A stretch of DNA of 56,706 bases from a virus (Duplodnaviria; Caudoviricetes): positions 1 to 56,706 of the IMG/VR virus record IMGVR_UViG_3300037783_000023, one strand, 5' to 3'. Below the pieces are notes generated by a model. The model was not told where the DNA came from. It did not search any database and was given only the letters and a program-made list of their open reading frames with translations. Of the stretch, positions 24,622 through 33,824 are shown piece after piece (the stretch's first letter is position 1; the number at the start of each line of letters is the position of its first letter). The position numbers and the translations under genes are program-made.

Positions 24622-25182
24622 ATGGTTGTAATCGTGATCCGGGACCTCGACCAGACCCGGCGGCATTTTGAAAACGCCGTCCGGCTGGTCGGGGAGGACC
24701 GGGCGAAAGTGGCCTTCAACCGGGCGCTCAACAGCGAGGGCCAGAAGGTCCGGACACTGGTACGCCGTGAGCTGCGAAAGCAGACCGGGGCAAAGGCGGA
24801 GCTGATCGCCCGAGAGACCAAGGGCATCCGATCCACATTCTCGACGATGGCGTACACAATCGAAGCCAAGGGCGGGTTCCTCGGGCTGTCTCACTTCAAC
24901 CCCCGCCAGTTCAGCTATGGGGTGAGGGCGAAGCCGTGGGGCCGCAGCCAGCGGTTCGAGCGCGCCTTCATCGTGTCCAAGCTCAGCGGTAACGTGTTCA
25001 CCAATACGCGCGAATACAGCGAGACGTCAGGCCGTAACAATAAGCTCGGCAAGATGTTTGGCCCGGCCATCCCGCGAGAAATGGTGCGGGACGCAACGCG
25101 CGACGCATTCGAGAAGGCACAGCCCGACGTGCTGACCGAGGCGCGACGCCAGCTGCAGCGCATGATCGAAGGCGCTCGCTGA
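24622..25182 (+). CDS. Lambda gpZ-like minor tail/neck protein
   Basis: AFNRALN...GPAIP motifs; GGAGG RBS; upstream of cos. Confidence 0.6.
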   Translation: MVVIVIRDLDQTRRHFENAVRLVGEDRAKVAFNRALNSEGQKVRTLVRRELRKQTGAKAELIARETKGIRSTFSTMAYTIEAKGGFLGLSHFNPRQFSYGVRAKPWGRSQRFERAFIVSKLSGNVFTNTREYSETSGRNNKLGKMFGPAIPREMVRDATRDAFEKAQPDVLTEARRQLQRMIEGAR

Positions 25183-25319
25183 CCCGCAACGGGCGGCACG
25201 CGCACAGCGCCGCACAGCGAGCCACTGGCGCGCGCAAGGTCTGGTGGCACCCCCACCGAGGGCCGAGGCCGAGGAGCGCCTGTGCGGCCCGCAGGGGCGG
25301 TGTCAGCCCCCTCCCCCTT

Positions 25320-25366
25320 GGGTCCCCTCCGGGGGACCTCCCTGTCGCGGGGCCGCCGCCGCGCCG
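25320..25366 (+). other. Lambda-like cos site (cosQ + cosN)
   Basis: GGGTCCC (25320-26), 23 bp, then GGGCCGCCGCCG (25350-61) flanked by CG/CGC; same spacing as lambda GGGTCCT...GGGCGGCGACCT, 8/12 identity. Confidence 0.7.
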
Positions 25367-25433
25367 TGCGCCCGCGTTTTTTTTTATTCGCACTCGCCGC
25401 TTTCATTTTCACTGACGTCCCTCCCCTGACCCC

Positions 25434-26051
25434 ATGCCGGAGCCCCTGATGACCCCGTCCGTTGACCTGCTGCCCGCCGCAGACCTCGCACCGTATGAGG
25501 CGAACGCTCGCATCCACACGCCAGAAGCGATCGAACGGCTGGTCTCCATCATCGAGGAGATGGGCTGGACCGCCCCGATCCTTGTGGACGCCGACGGTGT
25601 GGTCGCTGGTCACAAGCGGCGTCTTGCCGCCCTGACAATTTACGAACGCGGGGGAGTGATCCGCCTGCCGTCCGGAGAGGCTTTGCCGCAGGGCATGGTG
25701 CCCGTCATAGACGTGTCCGGGTGGAGCGAAGCTCAGCGACGCGCGTACATCATCGCGGACAATCAGACGACGCTGGAAAGCAGCTGGGACGAGGGCGTCC
25801 TGCGCTTGGAACTGGAATGGCTCAGCGAAACCGCTGAGATTGAAATGGAAGTTACGGGGTTCTCCGGCGACATGCTGGCGGACATTCTGACGCCGTGGGA
25901 AAGCGACATAGAGGCGCTCGAAAGCAAGGGTGCCCACGTCGAGGGCATCGTGAAGCCGATCACTGTGCGGGTCGCGCAAGAGCACAAGCCGGACGCCATC
26001 GCTGCAATCAAGGAAGCGCTCTCCAAGCTGGAAATCGAGTTTGAGCTGTGA
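25434..26051 (+). CDS. ParB/Srx N-terminal domain protein
   Basis: LAPYEANARIH...GWTAPILVD..GVVAGHKR...AYIIADNQ. Confidence 0.85.
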   Translation: MPEPLMTPSVDLLPAADLAPYEANARIHTPEAIERLVSIIEEMGWTAPILVDADGVVAGHKRRLAALTIYERGGVIRLPSGEALPQGMVPVIDVSGWSEAQRRAYIIADNQTTLESSWDEGVLRLELEWLSETAEIEMEVTGFSGDMLADILTPWESDIEALESKGAHVEGIVKPITVRVAQEHKPDAIAAIKEALSKLEIEFEL

Positions 26052-26884
26052 AAGAGCCAAGCAAGCTAAACATTTTGATCGCCTACCCCTATTTCAAAGG
26101 GGCCACAGTCAACACTGTTATTGAGGCGCAAGAGAAAATCCGTCTCGTCGTGGACAGTGGAGCATTCACCGCTTGGAAGGCTGGCAAGCCGATTGAGCTA
26201 GACGACTATTGCAGGTTCCTTGAGGGTCTGCCCGTTGAGCCGTGGCGCTATTTCACGCTCGACGTGATCGGCGACCCCGGCGCGACACTCAAGAATTACG
26301 AGACAATGCTGCGACGTGGGTTCAAGCCCGTGCCGATCTTTACGCGCGGCGAAGACCCGTCCGTCCTTGACGACCTTTACAAGACCTCAGACGTGGTGGG
26401 CGTCGGGGGGCTGGTCGGCACTCAAGGCAACGCTGAGTTCGTTAGCGGGATCATGGCCCACGCGGCCGGCCGACGTGTCCACCTCCTCGGCTTCACTCGC
26501 ATGGCCCATCTTCGGGCCTTTCGGCCGTATATGTGTGACGCCTCCTCTTGGGAGAGCGGTGCGCGTTATGCCTCTTTGCCGCTTTATCTTGGCTCCGGTA
26601 AAATCAAGGTCGTGGGCAAGCAGGATTTCAGGTCTCGCCCTTCCCAAGAAATTTGCCGTGCCATCTGTCGGCTCGGTGTCGATCCGCGATTGCTTGCGAT
26701 GGCTGGCGCTTGGACTGGCGGCTACTCGGTGAGCAGGCGGCTTTGCGCGCTGTCTGGCGTGGCTTTGAGCCGTGATGTGCAGCGCAACTTGGGCACAAAT
26801 TATTTTCTCGCCGTCGCGGCGGATTGCGGATTGCGGCTCTTGATCGAGGCGCATGACTTCTTCACACAAGGACCCCCCCCATGA
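26048..26884 (+). CDS. dpdA: DpdA-like (TGT-fold) deazapurine DNA transglycosylase
   Basis: VDSGAFTAW, LDVIGD, PVPIF, GVGGLV, VHLLG, DASSW motifs; adjacent to que genes. Confidence 0.7.
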   Translation: MKEPSKLNILIAYPYFKGATVNTVIEAQEKIRLVVDSGAFTAWKAGKPIELDDYCRFLEGLPVEPWRYFTLDVIGDPGATLKNYETMLRRGFKPVPIFTRGEDPSVLDDLYKTSDVVGVGGLVGTQGNAEFVSGIMAHAAGRRVHLLGFTRMAHLRAFRPYMCDASSWESGARYASLPLYLGSGKIKVVGKQDFRSRPSQEICRAICRLGVDPRLLAMAGAWTGGYSVSRRLCALSGVALSRDVQRNLGTNYFLAVAADCGLRLLIEAHDFFTQGPPP

Positions 26885-27633
26885 GTAAATCTGCTTTGGT
26901 GGTCCTGTCCGGCGGACAGGACAGCACGACCTGCCTATTTTGGGCGAAACAGAATTTCGACACGGTTCACGCCGTGACCTTCGACTATGCGCAGCGGCAC
27001 AGCCGCGAGATTGAGGCCGCACGCAAGGTCGCGGAGCTGGCCGTCGTGGACAGCCATACGGTCCTAAGCGTGGGGCCGCTGCTCGGTGGCCGCTCCCCCC
27101 TCACCAATGCGGACGAGGAGCTGGAAACCTATAACGACTTCGAGGAGATGGACGCGGTGATCGGCGACCGGGTGGAGCTCACCTTCGTCCCGATGCGGAA
27201 TGCTTTTTTCCTCACGCTCGCCGCGAATGTGGCGGTGGTTCGAGACGTGTTCGACTTGGTGACAGGCGTTTGCCAGCAGGATAACGCCAATTATCCGGAC
27301 TGCCGACAAGGCTTCATCGACGCGCAGGAGGCGACCATCAACGCGGCTCTCGGGATCGATCGCTTCCGCATCCACACGCCGCTGATGGATATGACCAAGG
27401 CCGAGACAGTCCACTTGGCGAAGTCCCTGCCCGGGGCTTATGAGGCGCTGGCGCACTCGCACACGGCGTATTCCGGCGAGTATCCGCCGATCACTCGTGA
27501 CCATGCAACGGTTCTACGCGAGCAAGGGTTTCTTGAGGCCGGTCTTCCTGATCCCCTGATCGTCCGCGCGTGGCGCGAGGGTCTTATGGACCTGCCCCTG
27601 ACTGAAAATTATTCAGAGCTGCGTGAGGCTTAG
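26881..27633 (+). CDS. queC: 7-cyano-7-deazaguanine synthase, variant lacking C-terminal Zn cysteines
   Basis: SGGQDSTTC, FDYAQRH..E, TFVPMRN, YPDCR. Confidence 0.92.
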   Translation: MSKSALVVLSGGQDSTTCLFWAKQNFDTVHAVTFDYAQRHSREIEAARKVAELAVVDSHTVLSVGPLLGGRSPLTNADEELETYNDFEEMDAVIGDRVELTFVPMRNAFFLTLAANVAVVRDVFDLVTGVCQQDNANYPDCRQGFIDAQEATINAALGIDRFRIHTPLMDMTKAETVHLAKSLPGAYEALAHSHTAYSGEYPPITRDHATVLREQGFLEAGLPDPLIVRAWREGLMDLPLTENYSELREA

Positions 27634-27726
27634 CCGTTGCTCGGCTGGCCTTGGCTCTTGGTGGACGCCGCACAGCAACACGCGGCGTCGCCAGATCAAA
27701 ATGACTTCTCGCCCCCGGAAAAACAC

Positions 27727-28404
27727 ATGCCCCGACAAAATCAAATCGACCAGCTAAAGCGACGGCTTGTTGCCAATGGTGCGAGCTATTTTGCAAACGA
27801 CAATATCGCCGACCACCTTGAGCGGGGCGATTTGGACGCCATCGAGGCCGAGGTCGCCGAGCGCATGCGTTCTGTGCTGGACGCTCTCGTGATTGACGTC
27901 GAGGCCGATCATAACACTCAGGACACCGCCCGCCGGGTCGCAAAAATGTTCGTGCGCGAGGTGTTCGCCGGGCGTTATGAGCCTCGCCCGAAAATGACCG
28001 ATTTCCCGAACGCAAAGCAGCTGGACGAAATGTATGTCGTTGGCCCCATCGCGGTTCGTTCGGCTTGCTCACATCACCTGACCCCCATCATGGGCGAGGC
28101 GTTTGTGGGTGTGATCCCGGGGAGCCGGGTGATCGGGTTATCCAAGTTCAACCGGCTGGCCTATTGGATCATGGCCCGTCCTCAAATTCAGGAGGAGGCG
28201 GTGGTCCAGCTGGCGGACGAGCTCGAGGGCATCATCGCCCCGAAGGCGCTCGGCGTCGTGGTCCGGGCACGGCACTTCTGCGGGTGCTGGCGCGGCGTGA
28301 AGGACGACACCCTCATGACCACCTCGGTGATGCGCGGCCTGTTCCGTGACAGCCCACACGCCCGCGCTGAGTTCATGGAATGGGTGAAAGGCAGCTCGAA
28401 ATGA
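27727..28404 (+). CDS. folE: GTP cyclohydrolase I
   Basis: DTARRVAKMF, SACSHH, GLSKFNR, RPQIQE, HFC..WRGV. Confidence 0.92.
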   Translation: MPRQNQIDQLKRRLVANGASYFANDNIADHLERGDLDAIEAEVAERMRSVLDALVIDVEADHNTQDTARRVAKMFVREVFAGRYEPRPKMTDFPNAKQLDEMYVVGPIAVRSACSHHLTPIMGEAFVGVIPGSRVIGLSKFNRLAYWIMARPQIQEEAVVQLADELEGIIAPKALGVVVRARHFCGCWRGVKDDTLMTTSVMRGLFRDSPHARAEFMEWVKGSSK

Positions 28405-28847
28405 AGTTCACATCGACCAAGACATACGGCCACGAAATCGGTCTGTCCGCAGCCTTCCGCCAGTGGAAGGCGGACAGCCATTGCCGGTTTTTGCACGGCT
28501 ACGCGCTCGCCGTGCGCTTTGAGTTCGAGAGCGAGGATCTGGACGCCCGGAATTGGGTCGTGGATTTTGGCTCGCTGAAATCCCTTAAGGCTCGGCTGCA
28601 AGACACTTTCGACCACAAGACGCTCGTCGCCGAGGACGACCCTCACATGGCTTGGTTCGAGGAGGCCCATCAACGCGGGATCGTTGATCTGGTCAAGGTC
28701 CCAGCCACCGGCTGCGAGCGGTTCGCTGAGATGATTTTCGAGGTGACGGAGCTTTGGCTGATCGACAATGGTTACGCCCCCCGGTGCCGGGTGGCAGCCG
28801 TAGAAGTCCGCGAGCACGGCGCGAACAGCGCAATCGTGAGGGCATGA
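28401..28847 (+). CDS. queD: 6-carboxy-tetrahydropterin synthase
   Basis: HCRFLHGY, WVVDFG..K, FDHK, GCE, VREH..NSA. Confidence 0.9.
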   Translation: MKFTSTKTYGHEIGLSAAFRQWKADSHCRFLHGYALAVRFEFESEDLDARNWVVDFGSLKSLKARLQDTFDHKTLVAEDDPHMAWFEEAHQRGIVDLVKVPATGCERFAEMIFEVTELWLIDNGYAPRCRVAAVEVREHGANSAIVRA

Positions 28848-28848
28848 C

Positions 28849-29511
28849 ATGCTGATCGGAGTGAATGAGGTCTTCGAGACGGTGCAGGGCGAGGCGTTTT
28901 TCACCGGCTCCCCGGCTGTCTTCGTGCGCCTACAAGGGTGCCTTGTCGGGTGCCCGTGGTGCGATACGAAGCACACATGGGCGGTCGACAAGCGGGACGA
29001 GGTCTCGCAGGCGTCGATGATGCAAAAGACCCAAGACGCCCCGACCCATGCGCGAATGGCTCCGTGGCGAGTGGCAAACATGGTCGCGGGGTTCAAATCC
29101 CGTTTGGTCGTGATCACGGGCGGTGAGCCTGCCTTTTGGCCGCTGCGCGAGCTTTGCGAGCAGATACAGTCCAAGGGCAAGGTGGTTCAGATTGAGACCA
29201 GCGGCACGGAGCCAGTCGAGGTGCCGGATGGGGTGTGGGTCACAGTGTCGCCGAAAATTGGGATGCCGGGCGGCAAGGCAATCGTCGGGTCGGCGGTCAG
29301 CCGGGCAAACGAAATCAAGATGCCGGTCGGCAAGCCCGCGGACGTGGACAAGCTGATCGCGTTCATCGACGAGTTCGGGGCCCATGATAAGCTGATTTGG
29401 CTGCAACCGCTCAGTCAAAGCGTCAAGGCGACCGAGCTCTGCCTGAGTGCCGCTCGCGAGCATGGCTGGCGGGTGAGCATCCAGACCCACAAGTTCCTAG
29501 GGGTTCGCTGA
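28849..29511 (+). CDS. queE: 7-carboxy-7-deazaguanine synthase (radical SAM)
   Basis: FETVQGE, CLVGCPWCDTK, ITGGEP, ETSG, TVSPK, QTHK. Confidence 0.93.
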   Translation: MLIGVNEVFETVQGEAFFTGSPAVFVRLQGCLVGCPWCDTKHTWAVDKRDEVSQASMMQKTQDAPTHARMAPWRVANMVAGFKSRLVVITGGEPAFWPLRELCEQIQSKGKVVQIETSGTEPVEVPDGVWVTVSPKIGMPGGKAIVGSAVSRANEIKMPVGKPADVDKLIAFIDEFGAHDKLIWLQPLSQSVKATELCLSAAREHGWRVSIQTHKFLGVR

Positions 29512-30008
29512 TGGCCGACGATCCGCAGCGACCAAACGATGAAATCACCACGGCCGTCGCGGCTCGCCTCTTGGAATTGACCCCGCAGCGGATCACTCAG
29601 CTAATCAGCTCGGGCCACATTCATCGTCACCGCCACGGCCACACGACGATCTCCTCGGCTGTGCGGGGCTACATTCGGTTCTTGAAAGAGGAGAACAGCC
29701 GAAACAGCGCCAGCGCAGAGCTCCGGCGTGGGCAGGAGGCTCGGGCGCGTGAAATCGAGCTGCGCACGCAGCTCAGGGCGCGCGAGGTTATCCCGATTGA
29801 GGACGCGAGGGCGGTGGTGGCAATGCTTTGCGGCCTGTTCCGGTCTGAGTTCGAAGGGCTGCCGGCCGCTTACACGCGCGACCTCGAACAGCGGCGGCGC
29901 TTAGAGCAGGAAGTCCATGCAAGATTTGACCGACTATCTGCAAGGACCGAAAAAGCAGGGGTCGCTCTTGAAACTGGCGGCCTCGATTTGGAGGCCGAGC
30001 AGCTATAG
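29511..30008 (+). CDS. terS: Terminase small subunit (Nu1-like)
   Basis: N-terminal HTH (AARLLELTPQRITQL); overlaps terL; TGATG-coupled to queE. Confidence 0.8.
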   Translation: MADDPQRPNDEITTAVAARLLELTPQRITQLISSGHIHRHRHGHTTISSAVRGYIRFLKEENSRNSASAELRRGQEARAREIELRTQLRAREVIPIEDARAVVAMLCGLFRSEFEGLPAAYTRDLEQRRRLEQEVHARFDRLSARTEKAGVALETGGLDLEAEQL

Positions 30009-31950
30009 CACCCCCGCTCAGTGGGCGTATGAGAACCGCGTATATCCCGAAACGGCCGGTATTCCCGGCCCTCGGAACCCTTGGCTGACCCCCTACATGA
30101 TCCCTTGGACAAGCGCGGTCCATGACGGCACACACCGGCGGGTCGTGGCGGTAACGTCTGCGCAGTCTGGTAAGACTGACGGGATGCTGGACGTGATCGG
30201 CGCACGGCTCGACCAGCGCCCAGCGCCGATAATCTACGTCGGGCCGACAAAAGACTTCCTGACCGACCAGTTCGAGCCCCGGCTTATGGGGCTGCTGGAC
30301 GAGGCGGAGACGCTGCGGAACAAGGTGGTGCGCGGCCGCCGGATGAAAAAGACCCTAAAGCACGTCGCTGGCGTGCGGGTGCGCCTCGCGCACGCGGGCT
30401 CGTCCTCGGCGCTCAAGTCCGACCCGGCGGCGCTGGCGCTGGTCGATGAATACGACGAGATGATGGCGAACGTGAAGGGCCAAGGCGACGTTCTCGGCTT
30501 GGTGGAGGCCCGTGGGGAGACCTACGCGGACTTCGTGACGGCGATCACCAGCACACCGGCGAGGGGCCTCGTGGAGATAGAATTGGACGAGGAGACCGGG
30601 CTGGAGTTCTGGTCCCGGTCGGAGCCGGACGATCTGGAAAGCCCGATCTGGAAGCTCTGGCAGGAGGGGACGCGGCATCATTGGGCGTGGCCCTGCCGTC
30701 ACTGTTCGGAATACTTCATCCCCCGGTTTAAGCAGCTGCATTGGCCCAAGAACGCCACCCCTGCGCAGGCCAAGCGGGCGGCCTATCTGAGCTGCCCCCG
30801 CTGCGGCGGCGTCCACACCGACGACGACAAGCCGTGGATGAACGAGCGCGGGGCAATGGTAGCCCCGGGACAGCAGGTGGCGCTCAAGGACGACGCAGCG
30901 CATGTGACGGGCGCTCCGGCGGAAAGCTCGACGCTGTCGATGTGGACCTCTGGCCTATGCTCGCCTTTCGTGACGTGGGGCCAGCGGGCGGAGACGTATC
31001 TGACGGCGCTGCAATCCGGCGATCACGACCGGATGCAGACCGCCATGAACGCCTCGTTCGGCGAGTGCTATTCCATGACCGCCTCGGGCGACGTGCCTGA
31101 GTGGGAGGAAATCATGGAGCGGCGTCAGCCCTACCTGCCGGGCACGGTGCCTGCCGGGGGGCTGCGGCTCGTCATGGGCGTGGACGTCCAGAAGTTCAGC
31201 CTCGTCTACGTGATCCGGGCTTTCGGCGCTCGGGGCTCGTCGTGGCTGGTGGACAATGGCCAGCTTTACGGACCGACCGACGACGACGAGGTGTGGTCAT
31301 CTTTGGCCGACCTGATGCTTGAGCCTATCGGCGGGATGCAGATCGAAAAGGTGTTTATTGACAGCGGCTTCCGGCCGGACAAGCCGGAGCAGGGAAACGA
31401 GCACAAGGTCTATGAGTTCTGTCGGCGCTATAGCTGGCTTTGCTCGCCCACCAAGGGGCGGGCCGTCCAGAGCCCACCCTACCGGGTGTCGAAGATCGAG
31501 GTGAAGCCAGACGGCAAGAAGGCGCTTTATTCGATCGACCTCGTCACCCTGTCCACCGACTTCTTCAAGTCGCTCGTGGTCTCGCGCATCCGCACGCCAA
31601 TGGACGTGGCGGGGGCGTTTCACGTCCATGAGCAGGTCTCGGAGGATTATTGCAAACAGCTGACCTCGGAGGCCCGCGTGGTGGTCGAGGGCAAGCCGGT
31701 GTGGGTCAAACGCTCACGCCACAACCACTTCCTCGATTGCGAGGCGCTCTGCGCAGCCATTGGCTACGCGATGAACGTCCAGCGCATCCCCGAGGGCGTC
31801 GAGCGCCGGACGGCGGCTGAGCTTCCGGCCGACCCCGGCGACCCGTCCGCGGGTGATCCCCCGTCGCCGCCCCCACCTCCTCCCGGGGGCGGCGGCGCTG
31901 GCGGGGCCCGGCGGCGCTTCGCGGGGATAGGTAACAGACTGAACAGGTGA
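29917..31950 (+). CDS. terL: Terminase large subunit (lambda GpA family)
   Basis: SAQSGKT Walker A, VDEYD Walker B, CRHC/CPRC, GVDVQ, IDSG, NHFLDC; exact start uncertain. Confidence 0.95.
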   Translation: MQDLTDYLQGPKKQGSLLKLAASIWRPSSYSTPAQWAYENRVYPETAGIPGPRNPWLTPYMIPWTSAVHDGTHRRVVAVTSAQSGKTDGMLDVIGARLDQRPAPIIYVGPTKDFLTDQFEPRLMGLLDEAETLRNKVVRGRRMKKTLKHVAGVRVRLAHAGSSSALKSDPAALALVDEYDEMMANVKGQGDVLGLVEARGETYADFVTAITSTPARGLVEIELDEETGLEFWSRSEPDDLESPIWKLWQEGTRHHWAWPCRHCSEYFIPRFKQLHWPKNATPAQAKRAAYLSCPRCGGVHTDDDKPWMNERGAMVAPGQQVALKDDAAHVTGAPAESSTLSMWTSGLCSPFVTWGQRAETYLTALQSGDHDRMQTAMNASFGECYSMTASGDVPEWEEIMERRQPYLPGTVPAGGLRLVMGVDVQKFSLVYVIRAFGARGSSWLVDNGQLYGPTDDDEVWSSLADLMLEPIGGMQIEKVFIDSGFRPDKPEQGNEHKVYEFCRRYSWLCSPTKGRAVQSPPYRVSKIEVKPDGKKALYSIDLVTLSTDFFKSLVVSRIRTPMDVAGAFHVHEQVSEDYCKQLTSEARVVVEGKPVWVKRSRHNHFLDCEALCAAIGYAMNVQRIPEGVERRTAAELPADPGDPSAGDPPSPPPPPPGGGGAGGARRRFAGIGNRLNR

Positions 31951-31954
31951 CCGA

Positions 31955-33580
31955 ATGTCGATCTTCTCGCGCGTCCGTGACGCTCTATCAGGCGGCGGCC
32001 TGCCTGCTCCGGCAGAGACCGGCGGCGCTGTCGGCCGCCCGAGCAGCCAATACATGCGCGGCGGCCGGGGCGTGACCTTTGCTGGCTGGCGTCCGGCGCT
32101 GCGCGAGCAGCAGGACGACATTGCCGATGCGTGGGACGACGCGGCCGCTCGGGTCTCTGACCTGCTGCACAATAACGGCTGGCTCTCGGGCGCGGTCGAT
32201 CAGGCTGTCGCCAATACGGTCGGAACCGGCCTGCGGCTCAAGTGCCTGCCCGAGAGCGAGACCTTCGGCATGTCCTCCGCCGAGGCGTCCGATTGGGCCA
32301 AGATGGTCGAGCGGCGGTTCGAGCTCTGGTCGCGCAACGCTCAGGAGTGCGACATTCAGGGCTTGCGCACGTTTGGGCAGATGCAGGCTGCGGCGTTTCG
32401 GTCGTGGCTGGTGACGGGGGAAATCCTCGCCGAGCTGCCTTTCCGGCGCAGGGCTTGGAACCGCTACGGGACGAAGGTGCGCCTACTGCCTTCGCACCGC
32501 CTGTCGCGCAAGACCGAAAGCATGAAGCGGCTGATCAACGGGGTCTACACCGACCCCGACGGCATGCCCATCGGCTACCGGGCGATCCGCAAGGACCTGT
32601 TTCGTCATGATGTGGAATATGACGTGCGGGCGCGGGACCGAGCCGGGCGGCCGAAGGTGATCCATGTCTTCGAGGGGCTGCCGGGCACCCATCGCGGGAT
32701 TTCCCCGATGGCTCCCGCATTGCAGGTCGCGCGGCAGTTTGACCAGCTGGCAGACGCGACGCTGATGGCGGCAATCGTGCAGACGCTCTTTGCGGTGACG
32801 ATCACCTCGGACGAGCCGACCGAGCAGGTGCTGGCGGGTCTGCTGACGCCGCAGGAGCAGGCGCGGATGATGGCCGACGGCGTGACGCCGATGGAGGCGT
32901 ATATGGACATGGTGGCGGGCTACTATGAGGGCAGCTCGCTCAACGTCGGGATCAACGGCCGCCTGTCCCATCTGTTCCCGGGGCAGGAGCTCAACTTCCA
33001 CACCAGCAATCACCCGAGCTCCGATTACAAAGAGTTCTCGAACCACCTCCTGCGCGAGCTGGCGAGGTGCCTCGGGCTGACCTACGAAAGCGCTACCGGC
33101 GACAACGTGGGCGCGACCTACTCCTCGCTGCAGGCGGCGACGACGGAGATATTCGCAATCACCAAGGCGCGGCGCGAGAACATCGTCGCCCCGTTTTGCC
33201 AGCCGGTCTATGAGGCGTGGCTGGAGGAGGAAATCGCCAGCGGCGGCATCCCGTTCCCCGGCGGCTACCAAGGCTTCCTCGCCAACCGGACGGCAGCGTG
33301 CCGGGCGGAGTGGCGCGGAGCCCCGAGGCCCACGGCCGACGACCTGAAGAAAGCCAAGGCGCATGAGGTCTGGAAACGGCTCGGCGTCATGTCGGACGCG
33401 ATGATCTGCAACGATCTCGGGGCTGACGTGGACGACGTCTACCAGCAGCTCGCGCAGGAGAAGGCGTTGCGCGCTGAGTATGGCTTGCCCGAGCCGCAGA
33501 TGATGGGGTCGCAGGGCGGCGCTCCGGCGGCCGCTGAGGACGATCCAGAGGAGGCGGACGCCGATGGCGCTGACGATTGA
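31955..33580 (+). CDS. Portal protein (lambda family)
   Basis: VGTGL, RGIS, LGLTYE..TGD...TYSS motifs. Confidence 0.92.
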   Translation: MSIFSRVRDALSGGGLPAPAETGGAVGRPSSQYMRGGRGVTFAGWRPALREQQDDIADAWDDAAARVSDLLHNNGWLSGAVDQAVANTVGTGLRLKCLPESETFGMSSAEASDWAKMVERRFELWSRNAQECDIQGLRTFGQMQAAAFRSWLVTGEILAELPFRRRAWNRYGTKVRLLPSHRLSRKTESMKRLINGVYTDPDGMPIGYRAIRKDLFRHDVEYDVRARDRAGRPKVIHVFEGLPGTHRGISPMAPALQVARQFDQLADATLMAAIVQTLFAVTITSDEPTEQVLAGLLTPQEQARMMADGVTPMEAYMDMVAGYYEGSSLNVGINGRLSHLFPGQELNFHTSNHPSSDYKEFSNHLLRELARCLGLTYESATGDNVGATYSSLQAATTEIFAITKARRENIVAPFCQPVYEAWLEEEIASGGIPFPGGYQGFLANRTAACRAEWRGAPRPTADDLKKAKAHEVWKRLGVMSDAMICNDLGADVDDVYQQLAQEKALRAEYGLPEPQMMGSQGGAPAAAEDDPEEADADGADD

Positions 33581-33824
33581 CGAGAACGACCCCTGCGCGG
33601 CCGCTGTGGCGCTGCGCGGGGCCTATGCGCAGCTCGTGGCCGGGCAGGCTTCGATGATCGTGACATTCAAAGCCGGGGCCTCGGGCGTCGAGCGGTCGGT
33701 CACATTCCACCGGGCCCATCCAGACCGGCTGCTGATGCTGGTGCGCGAGTATGAGGCCCGGTGCGCGCAGGCGCAGGGGCGCAGGCCCACGCGCTTCGCG
33801 ATTGGGACAGGAGGTGTCCGGTGA
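33564..33824 (+). CDS. Head-tail joining protein (gpW-like)
   Basis: Small ORF with L..AY..L..G...RSVTF; GGAGG RBS. Confidence 0.65.
   Translation: MALTIDENDPCAAAVALRGAYAQLVAGQASMIVTFKAGASGVERSVTFHRAHPDRLLMLVREYEARCAQAQGRRPTRFAIGTGGVR

Noticed and set aside
27634-27726. preQ1 riboswitch
   Set aside because: Hairpin lacks the class I loop and A-rich pseudoknot tail consensus as I recall it; kept only as a low-interest hairpin
27727-28404. QueF or QueF-like reductase/amidinotransferase
   Set aside because: Retains GTP cyclohydrolase I zinc ligands (CxHH and downstream Cys); FolE fits better
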